Below, in pieces: positions 56,784 through 64,000 of a stretch of 64,000 nt of DNA. The notes under the pieces were generated by a model. It was not told where the DNA came from. It saw only the letters and a program-made list of their open reading frames with translations, and ran no database searches. Every line of letters starts with the position of its first letter. Position 1 is the first letter of the stretch. The position numbers and the translations under genes are program-made. The stretch is from Patescibacteria group bacterium (GTDB taxonomy: Bacteria; Patescibacteriota; Microgenomatia; UBA1400; PJMF01): positions 26,473 to 90,472 of the forward strand of contig JBGTEY010000009.1 in NCBI GenBank assembly GCA_041747555.1. Direction: 5' to 3'.

Positions 56784-57881
56784 ATGACTGACCAAACCGT
56801 CCCCAAAGCTCTCACAAGCGACATTAAAAAGCTCCTCAAAAAAGCACGTCAACGAGGCCACGTTACCCAAGAAGAAATCTTGGATGTATTTGTTGAGCCA
56901 GAATTGTATGTTGATCAGCTCGATGACTTTTATGATGAAATTATTAAGAAAAATATCGATGTTTTCGAGTCTGTTGCAGAGGAAAATGACGACGACAGCG
57001 TTGATTCACTCACCGAAGAGCTAGAAACCTTAAGTACTTTAGGAGACAAAAGCGTCACTGATCCAGTACGCATGTACCTCAAGGAAATTGGCCGCATTCC
57101 GCTCCTCAATAGAGAAGAAGAAATTCGTCTCGCTCAGCAAGTTGAGGCTGGTGACAAAATGGCTAAAAAGCATCTTATCGACGCTAATTTACGGCTTGTG
57201 GTTTCTATTGCCAAGAAATATATCGGTCGTGGCATGAACTTTTTGGACCTGATCCAAGAGGGAAATAAAGGATTGATTCGGGCAGTTGAGAAATTTGACT
57301 GGACTAAAGGATTTAAATTCTCTACCTACGCAACTTGGTGGATAAGACAAGCAATTACTCGATCCATTGCTGATCAAGCGAGAACGATTCGTATCCCTGT
57401 GCACATGGTCGAGACGATCAATAAATTAATGCGAACTGCCAGAAGATTGATGCAGGATCTCGGACGTGAGCCCACACCAGAGGAAATTGGTGAGGCGATG
57501 GAGATGGATCCAGATAAGGTACGAGAAATTTTGAAAATCTCACAAAATACCACGTCTCTCGAGTCACCAGTTGGTGATGGCGATGACGACAGTACGCTTG
57601 GTGACTTTATTGCTGATGACCGTCAAGTGACTCCCTACCAGGCGACAAGCCAACAAATGTTGCGCGAAAATGTTGAAGAAGTGCTTGAGGCGCTGTCCGA
57701 CAGAGAAGCCAAAGTCTTGCGGATGCGATTCGGCCTGAGCGGTAACAAAATGATGACACTCGAGGAAGTTGGTCGTAAATTTGGTGTTACTAGAGAGCGA
57801 ATTCGTCAAATTGAAGCCAAAGCCCTCAGAAAACTAAAGCATCCTTCACGCCGCAAAATGCTCCAGGACTTTTTGGAGTAA
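56784..57881 (+). CDS. rpoD: RNA polymerase sigma-70 factor
   Basis: Region 2 ([43 protein letters not shown]), plus regions 3 and 4 ([20 protein letters not shown]). Confidence 0.9.
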   Translation: MTDQTVPKALTSDIKKLLKKARQRGHVTQEEILDVFVEPELYVDQLDDFYDEIIKKNIDVFESVAEENDDDSVDSLTEELETLSTLGDKSVTDPVRMYLKEIGRIPLLNREEEIRLAQQVEAGDKMAKKHLIDANLRLVVSIAKKYIGRGMNFLDLIQEGNKGLIRAVEKFDWTKGFKFSTYATWWIRQAITRSIADQARTIRIPVHMVETINKLMRTARRLMQDLGREPTPEEIGEAMEMDPDKVREILKISQNTTSLESPVGDGDDDSTLGDFIADDRQVTPYQATSQQMLRENVEEVLEALSDREAKVLRMRFGLSGNKMMTLEEVGRKFGVTRERIRQIEAKALRKLKHPSRRKMLQDFLE

Positions 57882-57961
57882 TTTTCCCCATAACGATTGA
57901 TATTTTGATATTATAGGATATAATACTTAGGTTATTATTATCTATATCAAAAGACATCAAA

Positions 57962-59299
57962 ATGTTGGCTGTTCGCACTCTTTTTGCCACAATCCTCTCA
58001 ACCTTGTCTGAAACTCGACTGTTTCGCGAGGGCGGATTTCTGATCGCTGCATCCTTGACGACAAACGTTTTGATGTTGGTCTATAACTTGTACCTTGGGC
58101 GACAGCTCGATTTTGGAGAATTTGGCCTGGTGGTGGCGATTATCAGCGTTTTGAATTTGCTGCAACTTCCACTAACTGCCTACGCACGAGCCATCACTCA
58201 CCGCGCGGCATATTTTACGGGTAAAAATGAGGCCGCGCTCCCCACTCAATGGCGCTATTTCAGAAAAACAGCTTATTTTATCTCTGCACTCTTGACTCTA
58301 GGCTGGCTACTTGCTACACCTTGGTTGATGGAATTTTTCCATGTTAAGCGTGCGCTCCCATTTCTTCTAGTCAGTCCCATGTGGATTGTGAGCGTAGCGG
58401 CGGCTGTGGATACGGGGTTTTTGCTGGGGATGCATCGATTTAAGCGAGTCGCACAAATAGTGTTTATTGATACCATTTTGTATGTCTCGTGGACGGTGTT
58501 GCTGGTCGAGTTGGGAATGGGAAGATTTTTGTATACGGCATTGCCGCTGTCATCATTTGTGTCATTTTTCTTGGGATGGTGGGCAATTTCTGTTGAGATT
58601 AAAGCAATTGATGTCGTTAAAAAACGCGTGGTGCAGATTTTGGATTTCCCGTGGAAGTTTTTTGTGAATTCTGGATTGGCAGAGTTGGCGACGATGGCGT
58701 TTATTACGTTTGATGTGTTGCTCGTAAAACATTTTCTACCTCCTGCACAGGCTGGTCGATACGTGACGCTGGCTGTTGTTGGCAAAATGGTGTTCTATGC
58801 AAGTTCATTGATGGGTCAATTCGTTGTGCCGATTGTGAGTAAAGAAATGGGGTCGGGAAAAAATCCTAAGGGTGCGTTTGTGATCTTGTTTGGATTGGCC
58901 GCGATGTTGCTGACTGGGGCGTTGCTGGTTTTGGGATTATTTGGGCATATTACTGTTCCGTTACTCCTTGGCGAAAAAGCGAACTCGATTGTTGGTTTAT
59001 TGCCCTGGTATTTAGTTGGAATGAGTTGTTTTGGTCTAGCGCACATGATTGTGAGCTTTTATCAGGCTAAACAAGAATTTGCCATGACTTTAAATAGCAT
59101 TTTGGCGTCTGCCATGGTGGCAATTGGAATAGTTCTCTGGCATGACAGCGTTCGTGAAGTAAGTTGGGTGATGGGCGCGAGCGGTGTGCTGAGCTTGGCG
59201 TTTGCCTTGGCTCAGGTTTCTTTGCGAAGGACCAACTTGAGCAAAAATTTTGAGAAATTAGTCCGTACGAGTAAGGAATTTGTAAGGTTGGGACGATAG
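57962..59299 (+). CDS. MOP-superfamily flippase (Wzx/MurJ-like polysaccharide or lipid-II flippase)
   Basis: About 14 TM helices with polysaccharide-biosynthesis-protein topology; adjacent to polysaccharide-modifying genes. Confidence 0.55.
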   Translation: MLAVRTLFATILSTLSETRLFREGGFLIAASLTTNVLMLVYNLYLGRQLDFGEFGLVVAIISVLNLLQLPLTAYARAITHRAAYFTGKNEAALPTQWRYFRKTAYFISALLTLGWLLATPWLMEFFHVKRALPFLLVSPMWIVSVAAAVDTGFLLGMHRFKRVAQIVFIDTILYVSWTVLLVELGMGRFLYTALPLSSFVSFFLGWWAISVEIKAIDVVKKRVVQILDFPWKFFVNSGLAELATMAFITFDVLLVKHFLPPAQAGRYVTLAVVGKMVFYASSLMGQFVVPIVSKEMGSGKNPKGAFVILFGLAAMLLTGALLVLGLFGHITVPLLLGEKANSIVGLLPWYLVGMSCFGLAHMIVSFYQAKQEFAMTLNSILASAMVAIGIVLWHDSVREVSWVMGASGVLSLAFALAQVSLRRTNLSKNFEKLVRTSKEFVRLGR

Positions 59300-59300
59300 T

Positions 59301-60548
59301 ATGAACGTACCTAAGCACTACTTACTACCAAATATCACCAGTGCCGCAAATGTCGGTGACGAGGCAATGCTTGAGGTGGTGATGGGACTGATTCGTGAAG
59401 AGCACGAAGATGCTGCCATCACTATTCATGGTTTTGAGCCAGAGACGCATGCCGATCTAGACGTGCATGCGAATCGGCCATCGTTGTATTACTGGGCAGT
59501 GTTTGAGGATGAGCGGGCTATTGTGCGAGCGGCACGGTTGGTGCTGATGGTGCTTGGATGTTTGGCGGTGTGGTTATCTGTCACGCCTTTGTTGCAGCTC
59601 TTGAAATGGATCAGTCCAGCATTGACAAGTATTTTGGATGACTATCAAAAAGCCGATGTAATTGTATTTGTCGGTGGAGGGTACTTGCGGTCGAAAAAGG
59701 GAGTTTCTCAATCGCTAAACTTCTTGCTTCATCTGGTGCCGTTTGCACTCTCGACCACAACTGCGGCAAAAACTGTGGTTGCACCAATTAGCGTGGGGCC
59801 GTTTGGGTATCAGTGGCAGGCTCGATTGACCGCGTGGGTCTTTAAGAAGCTTGATGTAGTTACCGTGCGCGAGCGATTTTCGCACAAAGTTTTGGCAGAG
59901 GCAGGTTTAGAAGGACATGTGTTGGCGACTGATCATGCGTTGTTGATGACGCCACTCAAGGTACACTCAGGACCAGGATCAAAGCAATCGCGCCCTCCGG
60001 TAATTGGTTTTACCATCAGAAACTGGCTTGATGCAGATACACAGAGTCAGTTGGAGCGCAGTTATGCATTGGCTTTGGCTGCTGTTTCGAAAGAGACGGG
60101 AGCCACAATTCAGCCAATTATCCAAGTAAGTGCACCGCGATTTGGCGAAGATGATGGTGCGGCAACTGCTCGGGTGGTGAAATTGCTGCACTCAATGAGT
60201 GTGAAGGTTGAAGAAACGGTTCAGATACAAGGCGTTTCGCACGGCAAAGCAGTCTACGGCAAGCTGACCGCATTAGTCGGCATGCGCATGCACTCGAATA
60301 TTTTTGCTGGCACTCAATTTGTACCGTTTGTGCCAATTTCGTACGAATACAAAACAGAAGGCATTTCAGAAGATTTTGAACTAGATGCGTACTGCATTCG
60401 ATCAGAAGATGTCACAGCAGAAAAACTGACCACGAATCTCTCTGCAGTCTTTACCAACAGTCAAACACTCTCAAAAAATATTGCCCGCACTCTCGCGCGA
60501 ATCCAAAAACGCGAGCATGCTCGCTGGCAGAAAGTTTTTAGGTCATGA
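59301..60548 (+). CDS. Polysaccharide pyruvyl transferase family protein
   Basis: N-terminal NITSAANVGDEAMLEVV, a GNxGDeail-like motif. Confidence 0.5.
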   Translation: MNVPKHYLLPNITSAANVGDEAMLEVVMGLIREEHEDAAITIHGFEPETHADLDVHANRPSLYYWAVFEDERAIVRAARLVLMVLGCLAVWLSVTPLLQLLKWISPALTSILDDYQKADVIVFVGGGYLRSKKGVSQSLNFLLHLVPFALSTTTAAKTVVAPISVGPFGYQWQARLTAWVFKKLDVVTVRERFSHKVLAEAGLEGHVLATDHALLMTPLKVHSGPGSKQSRPPVIGFTIRNWLDADTQSQLERSYALALAAVSKETGATIQPIIQVSAPRFGEDDGAATARVVKLLHSMSVKVEETVQIQGVSHGKAVYGKLTALVGMRMHSNIFAGTQFVPFVPISYEYKTEGISEDFELDAYCIRSEDVTAEKLTTNLSAVFTNSQTLSKNIARTLARIQKREHARWQKVFRS

Positions 60549-61729
60549 AAGTTTTTGAACCAACCCTCCAGACAAATGGTGCGATCAGTCGCGTAGAGTG
60601 CCAAGTTGAGTATCGTGGGACTCGGGACACGCTTTGGATTGAGTTTGACAGTAAGTACGCGCCATTCGTAACACTCGATGCAACGGCGGTGGCTAGTCCA
60701 TTTGTGATGCCGGCCTCGAGAAGAAATGAGTCACTAGAGATTGCAGGCAGCGTTTCAACGCAGTGGCTCGAAGGCGCAAACGCGATCATTGATCGCGCGG
60801 TGAGTTGGGATCATGGTTTCAAAAAAACTACTATAGCTGCACAAAAATCACAGCCAGACGCTGATAGAATTGCCGATCACGTCGGCGCGTTTTTCTCTGG
60901 TGGAATTGATTCTTTTAGCACCCTGATCAAGTACACAAATGATAAAAATACCCCGCTCAGCCACCTATTTTTTGTCCATGGATTTGATATTGCGATTGAT
61001 AATGAAGAGCTGATCAACGAGGTCCGCCCACGAATTCAAGAAATTGCTCAGAAATCAAACATGGAATTGATCGATATTAGAACCAATATTAGACAGATCT
61101 CCGACACGATCCTGGGCTGGGAAATGGCGCACGGTGGTGCACTGGCGATGGTGGCATTGCTTTTTAGACGAGGTTTTAAAACAATTATTATCCCTGGAGC
61201 TGGAGCAAACACTTGGGCAGAACCTTGGGGGAGCAGTCAGTACCTTGACCCACTTTGGAGCACCGAAACCTTAGAAGTTGTGCACGACATGGATCACATG
61301 CATCGCTACGACAAGGTCAGGGAGCATATCGCAAAATCACCGCTCGCACTCGCTCATGCCCGTGTGTGTTGGCGAAATACTGCTTATAATTGTGGTGTGT
61401 GCGATAAGTGCATGATGACGATGGTGGAGCTGAGGATGGCAGGTGCGCTTGAGAAATGCAGGACTTTTCCTGATGAACTTGATCTGGAGCGACTTTCTAA
61501 CATGTACTCAACGCCATTTAGTGTGCGGATGCAGGTTGAGGAAGCAGCAGAGTATTTGCAAAAAACAGGGAATGATCCAGAGTTACTGGAAGCGCTCGAG
61601 TCGAGCCTTGAATATAGCGATCGTCCTGGGATACTGAGGCAGATTATTTCTGTTGCCCAACAGCTTGACTGGAAGTATAACGAGAGTCGATTGTTTGTGT
61701 TTTTGCACAAGCGGCTGCGGTGGAGTTAA
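60545..61729 (+). CDS. PP-loop ATP pyrophosphatase superfamily protein (possible N-acetyl-sugar amidotransferase)
   Basis: SGGxDS motif (AFFSGGIDSF) and a C-terminal Cys cluster (CWRNTAYNCGVCDKC). Confidence 0.5.
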   Translation: MKVFEPTLQTNGAISRVECQVEYRGTRDTLWIEFDSKYAPFVTLDATAVASPFVMPASRRNESLEIAGSVSTQWLEGANAIIDRAVSWDHGFKKTTIAAQKSQPDADRIADHVGAFFSGGIDSFSTLIKYTNDKNTPLSHLFFVHGFDIAIDNEELINEVRPRIQEIAQKSNMELIDIRTNIRQISDTILGWEMAHGGALAMVALLFRRGFKTIIIPGAGANTWAEPWGSSQYLDPLWSTETLEVVHDMDHMHRYDKVREHIAKSPLALAHARVCWRNTAYNCGVCDKCMMTMVELRMAGALEKCRTFPDELDLERLSNMYSTPFSVRMQVEEAAEYLQKTGNDPELLEALESSLEYSDRPGILRQIISVAQQLDWKYNESRLFVFLHKRLRWS

Positions 61730-61744
61730 GAACAACCATTCACG

Positions 61745-62623
61745 CTATTTGTGATTTTTTGACGCTAAATTGTATCCAGCACGCAGTAATCGATTCCAAA
61801 TCGGATACGGCAGTACTTTTCTGGTCAAATAAAACACCCATGCATCCACGCCGATCAGATACCTGAGTCGCGGGTTAGGATACTCTGCAATTTTTAGAAA
61901 TAAATCTGAAACACGCTGCGGATCTTGTAATGAACTCGTGATTCTTGCAAACAGATGGTCTTTGACACTGCTCCAACGATTGAGCATGTTTGTGATCATT
62001 TTCCCATGCGGCGTGTGTTGGCCCATTTCATCAGCAAGTTTTCTTTTTTTGCCAAAATCAGTGCGAAAATGCCCGGGTTCTACGAGCACTGCCGTTACGA
62101 CTTCTGCTGCGAGTTCAAAACGCATAGATTCGGTGAGGGTTTCTATGGCGAACTTGGAGGCAGAGTAGACGCCATAGAGCGGGAACGAGACTCTGCCGTT
62201 TATGGAACTGAGGTTGATGATCGTGCCTTTTGATTTTTTGAGGAGTGGTAAGAATGCTTTGGTAACGCGCAAAACTCCATAAACGTTGGTATCAAATTGC
62301 GTTTGGATTTCTTCTATTGAGAAATCAAGAACCGGGCCAATGTAGCCGAAGCCGGCGTTGTTGATGAGTACTGAGAGTGAGTCGGTGTGTTTTTTGACCT
62401 CTGTCAGGGCAGAATCAATTGATTTTTGATTGGTGACGTCGAGTTCTAGGACGTGGAGATTGGGCAGATTGCGGTCGGTGAGCTCTTTTGCACCAGAGGA
62501 ATTGAGGTCGCGGAGGGTGGCAAAGGTGAGGTAGCCTGCTTCTGCAAATTGAATCGCGGCCAGAAAGCCAAATCCAGAGCTGCAGCCGGTGATGAGGACG
62601 GATTTAGGGGTAGTTTTTGACAT
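61745..62623 (-). CDS. Short-chain dehydrogenase/reductase (SDR)
   Basis: TGxxxGxG motif (VLITGCSSGFGFLAA), NNAG, and YxxxK (YSASKFAIE). Confidence 0.8.
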   Translation of the reverse strand: MSKTTPKSVLITGCSSGFGFLAAIQFAEAGYLTFATLRDLNSSGAKELTDRNLPNLHVLELDVTNQKSIDSALTEVKKHTDSLSVLINNAGFGYIGPVLDFSIEEIQTQFDTNVYGVLRVTKAFLPLLKKSKGTIINLSSINGRVSFPLYGVYSASKFAIETLTESMRFELAAEVVTAVLVEPGHFRTDFGKKRKLADEMGQHTPHGKMITNMLNRWSSVKDHLFARITSSLQDPQRVSDLFLKIAEYPNPRLRYLIGVDAWVFYLTRKVLPYPIWNRLLRAGYNLASKNHK

Positions 62624-62774
62624 AGTTCAGTATAGCAAGGGTCCCATGAAATTGTAGGACCGCACAAACCCGCTCGATCTGTAGTAAAAGCGGTGTTTGT
62701 TTGTTACAATACAGTTCGCTATCTGATGTGCCGGCAGCGACGCCGACACTGACGAGGCACTTAACAAGTGAAGA

Positions 62775-63096
62775 TCCCCTGTAGCTCAACGGCAGAGCGC
62801 CCGGCTGTAAGATATTGCAGCTTCCGTCAGAAATGGCGGAATGATAATTGGGTGAACTGCGGGAAGCCTAACCTTTGTATCGCGAAGTATGGTAATCCGC
62901 AGCCAAGCCGTGTTGAAAGACACGGAAGGTTCAGAGACTAGGTGTGTACACCCAGACCCCGCAAACTGCGGGGCAGAGCGCCCGACACCTTCATTGACAC
63001 CGTCAATAAGGTGATGAGATAGTCCATGCCAGCCAGAAATGGTTGGGTCACGTGTAACCGGTAGGTTGGAGGTTCGAATCCTCCCGGGGGAGCCAT
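62775..63096 (+). tRNA. tRNA (most likely Asn-GUU; alternative Thr-UGU) interrupted in the anticodon loop by a group I intron
   Basis: 5' exon TCCCCTG-TA-GCTCAACGGCAGAGC-G-CCCGG-CTGT. 3' exon TAACCGGTAGGTTGGAGGTTCGAATCCTCCCGGGGGAGCCA (T-arm, acceptor, discriminator G, encoded CCA). The candidate P1 pairs exon GGCTGT with intron GCAGCT, with U.G at the splice site. Confidence 0.7.
62809..63055 (+). ncRNA. Group I self-splicing intron (~247 nt) within the tRNA
   Basis: Canonical core elements: P (TGCGGGAAG), Q (AATCCGCAGC), R (GTTCAGAGACTA), and S (GAGATAGTCC). P7 pairing GACTA/TAGTC. P9 hairpin CCAGCC-agaaa-TGGTTGG. Terminal G before the 3' exon. Confidence 0.7.
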
Positions 63097-63140
63097 ATAG
63101 ATCTTATCCGAACTAAATTTTCTGCCCAGAAAGTTGACCT

Positions 63141-63731
63141 ATGGGTTCAGAGAGTTTAGCAATTCCTAACGACGAGAGTAATCTCCTATTTTTACTCTTA
63201 GGAGCATTAATCACTTTTATAAGTGCGTATTCAATTGAAATAATAAAGAACTGGCTTCGTAAAAGAGAAAAGTCAAAGAATTTTAAGCTTTTCATTAGGT
63301 TAGAGTTAGTTGTTATTGCAAAGACATTGGAAAAGCTTCAAACTGGCTTAGAGTACGGTGCTTATTATGATTATCTATTGTTAGATAGAATTGCTGAAAG
63401 CATAAAAAGTTTAGATAAAGCTAGAACTGATGTAATTTATCTGACAGACTCAGTTTTAAAAGAGAAATTTGTTGATGTTATTTCCGAAATATCAAATTAC
63501 ATCGCAGTTGTCAGGCAAATTCAACAACTTTTTTATAGTGATAGAGATAAAGCTCAAGAATCTAAATCAAAATCTTCCAAAAATCCAAAGACAAAAACTC
63601 AAGAGGCTACGGAATCTCTAACAATAGAAGGGGCTGTAGAGCTTTTTCATAACAGAAAAATCGAAAAAAATATTATTTATGTAGAGATTAAAAGAAAACT
63701 TGAAGATCTAATTAATGATCTAGAAAATTAA
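63141..63731 (+). CDS. Hypothetical membrane-anchored protein
   Basis: ORF with one N-terminal TM helix; the region is AT-rich. Confidence 0.4.
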   Translation: MGSESLAIPNDESNLLFLLLGALITFISAYSIEIIKNWLRKREKSKNFKLFIRLELVVIAKTLEKLQTGLEYGAYYDYLLLDRIAESIKSLDKARTDVIYLTDSVLKEKFVDVISEISNYIAVVRQIQQLFYSDRDKAQESKSKSSKNPKTKTQEATESLTIEGAVELFHNRKIEKNIIYVEIKRKLEDLINDLEN

Positions 63732-63912
63732 TATTTAGTTTTCAAAATAAGATTCGGATAAAGTTCTATAAAGGGACCAAAATACCCTCAAATTTTCCCC
63801 TCAATAAAATTTTTAAAAATGGGTTTAAACATACCCCACCCCAAACTCACACGCTTGAGCCTCAACCATTTTCTGTAGTAAAATGTACTTATTAAATTAT
63901 TAGGAGTAAAAA

Positions 63913-64000
63913 AATGAGTAAACTAATTACATGTATCTGGTTTGCGAACAATGATGGAGAAGAAGCAGCAAATTACTATATTGATACGTTCAATTCAGCT
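63913..64000 (+). CDS. PhnB/VOC-like (3-demethylubiquinone-9 3-methyltransferase-domain) protein, 5' fragment truncated by the window end
   Basis: MSKLITCIWFANNDGEEAANYYIDTF matches the ITPCLWF...AEEA..FY N-terminus of the PhnB-like family. Confidence 0.4.

Noticed and set aside
62446-62789. Small ORFs overlapping the SDR 5' end and the tRNA 5' exon
   Set aside because: They overlap a motif-supported SDR gene and a tRNA, with no coding signal.

Overview
This 64 kb bacterial window has a moderately GC backbone and appears to be from a small-genome, possibly Patescibacteria-like organism, though the taxonomy is uncertain. 

Backbone housekeeping genes: ung, pyrD, ldh, pterin-4a-carbinolamine dehydratase, NAD(P) malic enzyme, an M20 peptidase, dnaG, trxA, trxB, glutamate dehydrogenase, rpoD, and a polysaccharide module (flippase, pyruvyl transferase, PP-loop ATPase, SDR). 

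Five ATP-grasp ligases occur in the window, one of them flanking a DUF1704/QEGLA protein together with a second ATP-grasp. 

The most interesting features, in order along the window:
1. A dockerin-tagged esterase next to a membrane-anchored cohesin-like protein (about 7.2-9.3 kb).
2. A complete IS481-like insertion sequence with 31-bp imperfect terminal inverted repeats (about 12.87-13.96 kb).
3. An AT-rich integrative element of about 17.7 kb (about 17.98-35.73 kb), bounded by an exact 17-bp direct repeat of the 3' end of tRNA-Ser(GCT), with a large serine recombinase beside the tRNA. It carries:
   - an excisionase-like HTH protein, an HNH nuclease, and an Abi/HEPN-like protein;
   - two DNA methyltransferases, one fused to a ParB-like domain;
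   - terminase small and large subunits with no structural genes;
   - SHOCT and XRE proteins;
   - a tightly coupled six-gene operon headed by a Fur/Zur-like regulator: CooC/MinD-like ATPase, fold-III PLP decarboxylase, CysK-rhodanese fusion, cysteine desulfurase, and a COG0523 GTPase. This is a candidate metal-regulated small-molecule or metallocentre pathway.
4. A second tRNA-Ser(GGA) followed by a 49-bp tandem direct repeat of its 3' end.
5. Immediately after that, an unannotated 42-aa graspetide (microviridin-like) precursor with a PTFAVSL leader motif, followed by an MdnC-like ATP-grasp maturase.
6. A 1401-aa protein with three tandem repeats of about 110 aa and an N-hydroxylating-monooxygenase-like flavoprotein domain.
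7. A CsoR-family regulator whose -35/-10 promoter overlaps a perfect ATACCCCCAGGGGGTAT operator, upstream of trxA-trxB.
8. A tRNA (probably Asn-GUU) interrupted by a group I intron of about 247 nt with canonical P/Q/R/S elements.

No CRISPR arrays or rRNA genes were seen. 

Coordinates I derived by hand may be off by 1-2 nt.
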